NCBI GenBank assembly: GCA_002269645.1
Contig: NIVC01002734.1
Coordinates: 81,223 to 145,222, forward strand
DNA length: 64,000 nt
Source of the DNA: Macrostomum lignano
Lineage: Eukaryota
Direction: 5' to 3'
Under the pieces are notes generated by a model. That model saw nothing but the letters and a program-made list of their open reading frames with translations. It was not told the origin of the DNA and ran no database searches. Every line of letters starts with the position of its first letter. Position 1 is the stretch's first letter. Positions 34,043-45,700 of the stretch are shown here, piece by piece. The translations under genes were made by a program, and so were the position numbers.

Positions 34043-34805
34043 CATGTCAACCGAAAAGAAGCGTCATGTCAAACATAAAAGAAGCGTCATGTCAAACATA
34101 AAAGAAGCGTCATGTCAAACATAAAAGAAGCGTCGTCAAACATAAAAGAAGCGTCATGTCAAACATAAAAGAAGCGTCGTCAAACATAAAAGAAGCGTCA
34201 TGTCAAGCATAAAAGAAGCGTCATGTCAAACATAAAAGAAGCGTCATGTCAAACATAAAAGAAGCGTCGTCAAACATAAAAGAAGCGTCATGTCAAGCAT
34301 AAAAGAAGCGTCATGTCAAACATAAAAGAAGCGTCATGTCAAACATAAAAGAAGCGTCATGTCAAACATAAAAGAAGCGTCGTCAAACGTAAAAGAAGCG
34401 TCATGTCAAACATAAAAGAAACATCATGTCAAACATAAAAGAAGCGTCGTCAAACATAAAAGAAGCGTCATGTCAAACATAAAAGAAGCGTCGTCAAACG
34501 TAAAAGAAGCGTCATGTCAAAAATAAAAGAAGCGTCGTCAAACATAAAGAAGCGTCGTCAAACATAAAAGAAGCGTCATGTCAAACATAAAAGAAGCGTC
34601 GTCAAACGTAAAAGAAGCGTCATGTCAAAAATAAAAGAAGCGTCGTCAAACATAAAGAAGCGTCGTCAAACATAAAAGAAGCGTCGTCAAACATAAAAGA
34701 AGCGTCATGTCAAACGTAAAAGAAGCGTCATGTCAAACGTAAAAGATGCGTCATGCCAAACATAAAAGAAGCGTCATGTCAATAAAAAAAGAAGCGTCAT
34801 GTCAA
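34043..34805. repeat. 23-bp minisatellite (gaagcgtcatgtcaaacataaaa; 20-bp deletion variant)
   Basis: Period of 23 (gaagcg at 34081 and 34104). Confidence 0.95.
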
Positions 34806-35374
34806 TCAAAAAAGAATTGCGTCGATCATGTCATCCATAAAAGCTCACGGGGGATTGCTGAGATGTCAAGGCTGAGGTCAAAAACTATATGTAGTTTATT
34901 CAAAAATTTGTATTCCATTCTTTATCGGCTCCCCTACGGAGAGCACTGATTTCTTGTAGTAGCTAACTAAATATATTAATTTAACGAATATAATTCTTTA
35001 ATCATGCATAAACGAGTGGTAATAATAGCCACTCCGTGATTGAAATTACCCCGTGTTAGTTCGTATCGATCTTTTGATTTCTGATTCTTACAATGTACGT
35101 CGCTTTGACTTTGTAGGTCTTAGTCTGATTTCAGTTCTTAGTCTATGGTGAATTGCAACGCACCAAGTCGGACGGAGTACGATCGTAAAAACCAAAATAG
35201 AAAGCAATAAGATATCTCCGCTTGCCGTGGGTGTAAGTCACTCATGCTTTCAATTGTTTGCCTGAGAAGTTTTTTGAAAATCACATAGCAAATCCACATT
35301 TGTCTAGCAGAGAAGTACGAGTATATCGTATAAGAAATCTGTCGCGTTAGACTTAGGCCGGGGCAAGTGGGGTT

Positions 35375-35800
35375 ACATTGTCCAGCCAGGTTTTCAGCTC
35401 ATTGTCATCTACGAATGCTTTTTTCTTCTGGGCATTGTTCAGGGATACGAAAGGTGATAATCCGTTGGCGCTATGTATGGTCAGTGTGTCACGCCGTATT
35501 TCCTCGGCGCAGATCTAGAAGTTTGTTGACCAACCATTTTGCAGTTGTTTGGCAGACAGCTCAGCATGGCGGCAGGGGAAGTCCACCAAATGCAAAGAAT
35601 GACAGGGCCAATGGACTTCAGCCGATCTGTTGTATGACGATACGAGAGCAACGAAGTTGCCCTGACAACATGCCAGTTCCGGTCAAATTCAGGCAGCTGG
35701 TGGGCCACCCATTGATCCAAGCTCGGACACCAATTGCCTATTGTTTGCAATTGTGTTGTGCTGCGAGCTCTCGTGGTCATCGACCTCGGAAGGTGGTCCA
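35375..35800 (-). pseudogene. Mariner transposase relic
   Basis: Minus strand carries VILCIWW and (Y)IAPTDYHLF.SLNNAQKKKAFVDDNELKTWLDN, matching mariner MLCVWW and YSPDLAPSDYHLF motifs. Frameshifted. Confidence 0.7.
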
Positions 35801-36467
35801 GTTACCAGTAACAGTCTCGATATTCAAGACCCTCATCTCGAGAGAGGAGTGACGGCAGGGAGTGACAGCATAAAAAGTCATGATTAGTTAGTTTGTCTGC
35901 TTTTCACCTTTCCTTGGTTGCCATGGCAATAGTTTCCCAAGTCTGAGGTCTATTAGTACTGCAGCGGTAATGTAATTATCGAGGTAAATTTCCTAAATTG
36001 ATCATTAATAACTGCATGTCTCCCACCGCGCAGCTCTTAATTTCTTACCTATTGTTAATTTTTATTTATTAATTAATGGCCCCGTAATAATAATAGACTT
36101 GATTGGCAAGATAGGGAAACTATGTGTGGCAATCAAGCCTGCACACATGTATACAATGTGCATCGTTGATTAACTACCGTGTGTGGCTATTGTATCTGAA
36201 TAAACATAGCTGCTCAAGTCTGCAAAAGCGTGTGTTTGCGTTGCCATTGACAACCAGAGAGGCAAACACAAGCAGTAGGGAGCAAGGTGAAATCCGCTAG
36301 CCGCTAAGCAATTATTTTAATGCATTCTCAGCTATGCGTGCCAATGGCCTTGGCCTTGCAGCCACTGTATCCAATTGGTAGAAAACAGTAACTAACCAAT
36401 ACCTTTGGAATAAAAGTAGCGAACAGACTGACTGACTCGCGAGTTTTTGCTTTCCATTTCTCTAACA

Positions 36468-39400
36468 ATGAGCAAAAGCCAGGTTCGACCATCTGGGAGC
36501 GGCTCCAACCAGCTGCGGACCGTCCAGCTGCCTCTGCAGCCTCATCATCTTGAGAAGATTACCAGTCAGCTTCAAAATCCACTGGCTTCGACGAGTGCCG
36601 CCAATCTGAACTCAAATGTGGTCATCGATGTTCAGCAGCAGGTTGCCAACCTGTACCCGTGGGAGATGACCAAACATGTGAGCCATTGGTTTGATTGGGG
36701 ACTCAGGAAGCCAAAAAGTTGCATCTCAAAAAACGCTAGCTAAAATTAGTTTTCAAAGGTGCCAAAGTCTTGCGAAACGCGTGCAGAGAAGCGGGCGCAG
36801 AACAGAGGCCACCATTCATTTAGGGTTCATAGAGAGAGCCAGGGCCGCTGAACACCCTGTGCGAGCGTGTGTCAGCGCTCAGGATTCAGCAGAACGGATG
36901 TGACTGTTCGATTTTCATCCAGCGTCTGAAGGCACTAGCAAACTGACTAATCTGCAGTCACACCATTGGATTTCAAACCCTCTCAGAACTCAAAGCCGCC
37001 CCTCTCGCCCCCGCAGTTTCACCACGCGGTTCGCGAAGGCGACGCGCAGTTCGTCCGGGCGGCCGTCCTCGCCAAGCCGTCGCTGATCGACAGCTTGGAC
37101 GAGCGGCTCGCATGCGCCCTGAGCTACGCCATCAAGTACCGCCGTCTGGAGGTTCTGCAGCTGCTCATTCGGAAAGGCGCTGCGCTGAACCTTCGCGGCC
37201 AAGAGGGCACCCGGCCGATCCACGCGGCTGCAACCTTCAACGTCGAGGAGGCGATGCAGCTGCTGCTGCGGCAGAAGGGCATCAAAATTGACGTTACTGA
37301 CGACAAGGGGCAGACGGCCCTGCATGTGGCGTGCCGGAGGAGCCACGTGCAGATCGCCAGAGTGAGGGGTTGCTGATGACCTGCAGCCCTGACACCCTCA
37401 GCCCTGACACTCTCAGCCCTGACACCCTCAGCCCTGATACCCTCTCAGCCCTGACACCCTCAACCCTGACGCATAGCACTGACACCCCTCAGACCTGACA
37501 CCCCTCAGCCCTGACACAAGTCAGCTCCTGACACAACTCAGCTCCTGACACAACTCAGCTCCTGACACCCTCAGCCATGACACCCCTCAGCACTGACACC
37601 CTTCAGCCCTGACACCACCGCCTCTGACACTCTCAGCCCTGACACACCTCAGCCCTGACACCCCTCAGCCCTGACACCCCAGAGTGGGCCCTGCAAACAA
37701 TCCGAATGCCACAAACAAAACACGCCCTGACCGCAGCTGCTGCTTGAGTTCGGCGCCGATGTGCTCAAACAGGAGAAGGACGGCGTGTCTGCACTGCACC
37801 AGCCAGCTCGGAATGGCAGCTTGGAGCTGTGCGAACTTCTGGTGCGCGTTGAATTTTAAATCCCTACTAGTATGCTATTAGTAAAACTATGAAGTGTCTG
37901 CGTCTAAGTAATCATTTCATTTCTCATAGTTGTCAAGCGGCGCTAACGTAGACACGACCGATAACAACGGCCTGACTCCGGTCATGGTTGCCTCCATAGA
38001 GGGTCGTCTGCCAATACTGAAACGGCTTCTTCAGCATTCTACTGAGAAGAGTGAGCTCTCTAGTAGTCTGTTATTTTGAGCAGTGTAAATAGCTCCCTGG
38101 CTGTGTTGAACCAACAGCAACTTGCGATTTTCAGATGAAAAGGCCCGGGGCAGCCAAGCCGGAAAGATGCTGCTGTTGGAACTGCGGGATAATGACGGAT
38201 CGACAGCACTGCATCATGCGACTCAGAATCGCCAGGTTGAGGCGAGTGAAGATGGAGGCAGCTGGGAGGAATTGCTTGGGCACTGCATGGATACGGAGTC
38301 TTTAAAGAGAAGCATGACTTCTGGCCACGAGAGAAGAGAGTAGAGACTGAGAGAGAAGAGAGCAGGAGAGAAGAGAGCGAGAAAGGAGAGAGCGGGAAAA
38401 GAGAGAGCGGGAGAGGAGAGAGGGGAAGATAAGAGAGCGGGAAAGAAGAGAGCAAGAGAAAAGAGTAAAGACTAACTATAGAATGATGATGAGAATAATT
38501 CATTTCTTATCTGTAGATTCTTGCCCATTTGCTGGAAGCCGGAGCGAACGCCAATGCCAAGAGGGTTAGTTTATTTCGAGTGCAACATTAACTAAAGAGT
38601 GCAGACTCCACCGTCTGCAGCGTTAGCTAATTGCTGAAAAAAAATCAATTCAATAATTAAACCAGAATGACGGCAACACGCCGCTGCACATAGCCGCATC
38701 GCTGGGCTACCAAGACGTGGTCGAGATTCTCCTGTCGAATGGCGCAAATCCGTGCGCTTTGGACAAGAAGAAGCGAACGCCGCTGCATGAGTGAGCGCGA
38801 TTTGTGATATTTTTTGCTGTTGCTAACTTTATGGATCCATCGAAGTATCGATTCATGAATTTGGCGCCTCTGATGTCTGTTTTGTGGCGTCTCTGACGCT
38901 TGTTTGTGACGTCTCTGATGCCTGTTTTGTGGCGTCTCTGATGCCTGTTTTGTGACGTCTCTGATGCCTGTTTTGTGACGTCTCTGATGCCTGTATTATG
39001 ACGCTTCTGATGCCTGTTTTGTGACGTCTCTGATGCCTGTTTTGTGACGTCTCTGATGCCTGTTTTGTGACGTCTCTGATGCCTGTTTTGTGGCGTCTCC
39101 GATGCCTGTTTTGTGACGTCTCTGATGCCTGTTTTGTGACGTCTCTGATGCCTGTTTTGTGACGTCTCTGATGCCTGTTTTGTGGCGTCTCTGATGCCTG
39201 TTTTGTGGCGTCTCTGATGCCTGTTTTGTGACGTCTCTGATGCCTGTTTTGTGACGTCTCTGATGCCTGTTTTGTGACGTCTCTGATGCCTGTTTTGTGG
39301 CGTCTCTAATGTCTGTATTATGACGCTTCTGATGCTTGTTTTGTGACCTCTCTGACGCTTGTTTGTGACGTCTCTGATGCCTGTTTTGTGGCGTCTCTGA

Positions 39401-42162
39401 TGCCCATTTTGTGAGTCTCTGATACCTGTTTCTGACGCTTCTGATACCCGTTTATGGCATTCATTTAAAATGGAATTCAATATCCTCTTTATTAATTTGC
39501 TAGCTCGAATGCGGCTTATTTTATCCAAAATTTCCAGATGCGGACTCAACAATCAGCCAGAAATCGCCAGGCAGCTAATAATAAAGGTCATTCCCATTTA
39601 AGGCTTTATTAGAAAAAGCGCAATCGCAAAAATTCTAGCGAAGTCCCATCAAGTCACATCGAGTCCGTAAAGTCACATCAAGTCCCGTGAAACCACATCA
39701 AGTATCACTGAAATCCCAGCAAACTCTAAAATCCTCATCGTCGCGAACTCCTCCAGGGCGCTGCCGTGGACGCCGCAGACGCAGACTTCATGTCGCCGCT
39801 GCACTGGGCCTGCAAGCGGGGCCACCGTCCGGTCGCCGACGTCTTGCTGGAATTTCGCGCCAGACTGGACGGCCACGATGTCGGCATGCGGACGCCGCTG
39901 CACTGGGCGGTCATCGAGGACAACGACGGGATTGTTGAGCGGCTCCTGGAGGCGCCTGGGGTGGAGACAGTGCTCAACAAGCAAGACATGTTCGACAAGA
40001 CTCCGCTGCACTACGCCACCGAGAGGGGCTGCACCGGGGTAAGAAAAAAATTAAGGTCATATCTCGCGGAAAAGCTGTGGATGCTGTACGCAGGCTCTCT
40101 CACTTGCTACTTGACAGAAATGTACAAATCACTATTCAAACTGAATCCTGAGAAATCTGTTTTCTAAGAAAGGACACATAATCTGTTAATCGAACGTTTC
40201 TTCGAAACCTTCCTCCCACAAAAATTTCATTTCTTTCTAGGAAAATATTTACTGTATCTTCTTGGACCATGAAAACTTTCTAAGTTTTGTAGAAAAAACT
40301 TACTAAAAATGTTTGCTTGGAAAGCCGCGTGACCTTGGAAATTTAAAACAGCGTGCTTAGATAAATAGCCCTAAGAAAAGAAGTCGATCGCTCACTCCAC
40401 TCCATTCAGCTCGCCAGGCGCCTGGTGGGCAGCGGCGCCGACTGCACTGTCGTTGACGGAGACGAGCGCCGTCCCGCCACGTGGCGGCCAAGGCCGGCCA
40501 CCTGGACTGCCTGCGGCTGCTCATCGAGGCCACGGCCGGCCTGTCAGTTCATCATCGCGACCTGGACGAGCGGACAATGGTGCTGCTGGCGGCTGAGGAG
40601 GGCCGCTTTGAAGCATTTCACTTCCTGTGCGTTGAGTGCGGAGCGGACTTTAGCGCCAAGTGAGGCTGCTGGGAGTAAAGGGACCTCAGCGACCTGAGAT
40701 TACCATTTAGTGACCCAATGATCCAGTGACCCAATGACCCAGTGACCCAATGACCCAGTGACCCAATGACCCAGTGACCCAATGACCCAGTGACCCAATG
40801 ACCCAATGACCCAATGACCCAGTGACCCAATGACCCAGTAACCCAATGACCCAATGACCCAGTGATCCAATGACCCAGTAACCCAATGACCCAATGACCC
40901 AGTGACCCAATGACCCAATGACTCAATGCCCAGAGTGGCTCAATCACCCAGCAGCTCAACAAAATCAGTGACTCATTTGCACCCAATGACCCCAGGGACG
41001 ATGTGGGCCGCAACTCGCTGATGCTGGCGGTCGCCAAGTCCCACTACGAGATCGCCAAGTTCCTCCTGGACAGGGACATCGATATCAACGCCACCGATGT
41101 CAACAAGGTTGCCATTTTTAGTGCACGCGTACTAATACTAAAAGTACAAATGGCTGAAGGTGTCTCTGAATAATTGCAGAACACGGCACTGCACTATGCA
41201 GCAAAGGAGGACTCAACCGGTCGGTGCGTGAGGCTGCTGCTGGAGTACTCAGCACCGATCAGCGAGAACAACAGCAGCGAGACGGCTGTGGACTTCGCTA
41301 TTTTCGTCAGCAATCGAGAGGCGTTGGAGATTTTCTTCAGCGAGCAGTAGTATGTGGCGCATTTTAGTGACATGTATTATATGCTTGGCGTTCAATGTTA
41401 CGGTATTGGAGTTTAGTAGCATAACTTCTCATGATTCTCAAGTTGAGTAGCATAGCTGCTCATGGTTCTCAAGTTGAGTAGCGTAGCTTCTCATGATTCT
41501 CAAGTTGAGTAGCGTAGCTTCTCATGATTCTCAAGTTGAGTAGCGTAGCTTCTCATGGTTCTCAAGTTGAGTAGCATAGCTTCTCATGATTCTCAAGTTG
41601 AGTAGCATAGCTGCTCATGGTTTTCAAGTTAAGTAGCGTAGCTTCTCATGATTCTCAAGTTGAGTAGTATAGCTTCTCATGGTTCTCAAGTTGAGTAGTG
41701 TAGCTTCTCATGGTTCTCAAGTTGAGTAGCATAGCTGCTCATGGTTCTCAAGTTGAGTAGCGTAGCTTCTCATGATTCTCAAGTAGAGTAGTGTAGCTTC
41801 TCATGATTCTCAAGTTGAGTGGCATAGCTTCTCATGATTCTCAAGTTGAGTGGCATAGTTTCTGATGATTGACGTGTTTGAGAATTTTTTTTGCAATAGG
41901 AACGTTATGGATTTTACAAACGGTGGCATGAATGATATTAGTCCACATGGTTAGCATTAAAACAAATTGATCAGACCCTTGACAACCGATTCTCCATGCA
42001 AACACGGCTCTGTGTGCGCAAATTGCTGAAGGCCAGTTGCTGCTCAGTAAACACACGGATTTCTGATCTGTATGACTGCCGTATTGACATGTGTGTCTGG
42101 CAGGGTTCTGAATGTCCTCTAGGCAGCCCGCTGGCATATTCAGTACATTATAGCACAGTTTA

Positions 42163-42243
<81 letters not shown>

Positions 42244-42539
42244 CGATCGCTCTTTCTCGCTATCTACCATCTATTGCCAGGACCTGCACCGGAGCGGTTA
42301 CGAAAATTAGATTTCTCGGTAGTTGCACGTACTCTTTTGCACTACTTGAGTAGTCTGGTTTTCGTTCGGCATGGCTGGTTCCAGCAGGTAGTTCCTCTGG
42401 ATAAAAGCGCTTACCGCGCCCATTGGCTTTCCAGCTGCCTTAATCGTTTCCGGTGATCTTGTGTGCGTGCTTTCAGCTTGATTGGCTGTGGCAAGCAAGC
42501 TCGAAAGAGCTCGCTTCGCTCGCTCTTTCTCGCTATCTA

Positions 42540-42591
<52 letters not shown>

Positions 42592-42592
42592 A

Positions 42593-42641
<49 letters not shown>

Positions 42642-42681
42642 CTATCTATCCACTATCTATCTATCTATCCATCTATCTATC

Positions 42682-42767
<86 letters not shown>

Positions 42768-45700
42768 CTTCTATCTAATTCCTGCAGCTGGTCGTGGACC
42801 ATGGCCTACAGACGAGAGAACGGCAGGACCCACATGGACAAGCTGATTGAGCATTCGCTCGAGTTTGCCACGGTATTCCAGTTCTACTTTACGCAATCAA
42901 CGTCACAGCCTTTTTGCAGTCAAATGTACTTTTAATGTTTTAAAATTCGCTCATCGGTCATCATGGCACCCACCCATTCAGAAAGTTCTTGACTACGGCA
43001 TCAGCACTACAGTCCGGGATCCGATGGACAAGAACTTTGCCGTAAAGTTGAAACTATTTTCTTAAAATTATTGAGCATATTTAAGCATTGTAGTTCGTAG
43101 AGAGGAGAGAAGAGAGAGAGGAGTGATGAGAGAGAAGAGAAGACAGAGGAGAGGGGAGAGGACATTATACACCCATGCAACCAGTACACCATAATTGTAT
43201 CCTTTCATTTTTAGGTAATCTACAACTACTCCCTAATCGATCCTGGACCAGACGATCCAGCCTCTCAGCCTCATCGCTACCTGGCTCTGATGACTATGGC
43301 TCGATTCAAGCAGCTGGACTTGCTGAAGCATCCTCTGTCTTCTGCTGTTATGCAGGAGAAGTGGTGCGTGACTGAGCTAGAAGTGTCTTTTCCGGTTGAT
43401 TAATCATCAGCTAAAAACCAGGGGTGTCCACTAAGAATCAAGGTTGTCCACTAAGAATCAAAGGTGTCCACTGAGAATCAGGGGTGTCCAGTAAGAATCA
43501 GGGCCAGGGGTGTCCACTGAGAATCAAGAGACGTCCATCAATAATCAGGGTGTCCATCAACAATCAGGGGTGTCCAGTAAGAATCAGGGCCAGGGGTGTC
43601 CACTGAGAATCAAGAGACGTCCATCAATAATCAGGGTGTCCATCAATAATCAGGGTGTCCATCAATAATCAGGGGTGTCCATCAACAATCAGGGGTGTCC
43701 ATCAACAATCAGGGGTTTCCATCAGTAATCAGGGGTGTCCATCAATAATCAGGGGTGTCCATCAATAATCAGGGGTGTCCATCAATAATCAGGGTGTCCA
43801 TCAATAATCAGGGTGTCCATCAATAATCAGGGTGTCCATCAATAATCAAGGGTGTCATTAATAATCAGGGGTGTCCATCAACAATCAGGGGTGTCCATCA
43901 GTCCAACCAAAAAAAAATAGCAGTTCTGAGTGAACAATTTCAGGACTAAATTCGCTATCACCTCGCTGCTGGTGGACCTCATATTCTACGTGCTGTTCCT
44001 GACCTGTCTGACAATATTTGTGATGGACCAGGGACCGTTGCGTCCAACTGAAATGGACGAGCAGGGCTGCAGGAACACTTCGGCTGGAATGGTGATGACT
44101 CGATTTTATTGGCATCGATCGAGCTAAATAGAGGCTAGAGGCTAAATCTATAGACTGTTAGAGGCTAAATCTATAGACTGTTAGAGGCTAAATCTATAGA
44201 CTGTTAGAGGCTAAATCTATAGACTGTTAGAGGCTAAATCTATAGACTGTTAGAGGCTAAATCTATAGACTGTTAGAGGCTAAATCTATAGACTGTTAGA
44301 GGCTAGATCTATAGACTGTTAGAGGCTAGATCTATAGACTGTTAGAGGCTAGATCTATAGACTGTTAGAGGCTAAATCTATAGACTGTTAGAGGCTAGAT
44401 CTATAGACTGTTAGAGGCTAAATCTATAGACTGTTAGAGGCTAAATCTATAGACTGTTAGAGGCTAAATCTAGACCATATAGGTTTTGAATCTATAAGCG
44501 GTGAATCTAAAAACAATCTAAGCATTGGAAGGGCTTAACTGTAGGGCGTAAAATCTAAACAGTCAAGGCCGCCAAATCTAAACAGTGAAGGTCACCAAAT
44601 CTAAACAGTGAAGGCCGCCAAATCTCAACAGTGAAGGCCGCCAAATCTAAACAGTGAAGGGCGCCAAATCTAAACAGTGAAGGGCGCCAAATCTAAACAG
44701 TGAAGGGCGCCAAATCTAAACAGTGAAGAGCGCCAAATCTAAACAGTGAAGGCCGCCAAATCTAAACAGTGAAGGTCACCAAATCTAAACAGTGAAGGGC
44801 GCCAAATCTAAACAGTGAAGGGCGCCAAATCTAAACAGTGAAGGGCGCCAAATCTAAACAGTGAAGAGCGCCAAATCTAAACAGTGATGGGCGCCAAATC
44901 TAAACAGTGAAAAGCGCCAAATCTAAACAGTGGGCAAAGGGCGCTAAATCTAAACAGTGAAGGCCGCCAAATCTCAACAGTGAAGGCCGCCAAATCTAAA
45001 CAGTGAAGGGCGCCAAATCTAAACAGTGAAGGGCGCCAAATCTAAACAGTGAAGGGCGCCAAATCTAAACAGTGAAGAGCGCCAAATCTAAATTTTAATG
45101 GTACCAAATCTAAACAGTGATGGGCGCCAAATCTAAACAGTGAAGGGCGCCAAATCTAAACAGTGATGGGCGCCAAATCTAAACAGTGAAAAGCGCCAAA
45201 TCTAAACAGTGGGCGAAGGGCGCTAAATCTAAACAGTGAAGGGCGCCAAATCTAAACAGTGAAGGTCACCAAATCTAAACAGTGAAGGGCGCCAAATCTA
45301 AACAGTGAAGGCCGCCAAATCTAAACAGTGAAGGGCGCCAAATCTAAACAGTGAAGGCCGCCAACTCTAAACAGTGAAGGGCACCAAATCTAAACAGTGA
45401 AGGGCACCAAATCTAAACAGTGAAGGCTGCCAAATCTAAACAGTGAAGGCGCCAAATCTAAACAGTGAAGGTCACCAAATCTAAACAGTGAAGGCCGCCA
45501 AATCTAAACAGTGAAGGCCGCCAAATCTAAACAGTGAAGGGCGCCAAATCTAAACAGTGAAGGGCGCCAAATCTAAACAGTGAAGGGCGCCAAATCTAAA
45601 CAGTGAAGGGCGCCAAATCTAAACAGTGAAGGGCGCCAAATCTAAACAGTGAAGAGCGCCAAATCTAAATTTTAATGGTACCAAATCTAAACAGTGAAGG

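Noticed and set aside
41865-42500. Possible Penelope GIY-YIG remnant on the minus strand (QDHRKRLRQLESQW; C..CG-like pieces)
   Set aside because: Only short, stop-ridden similarities, too weak to call without an HMM search.
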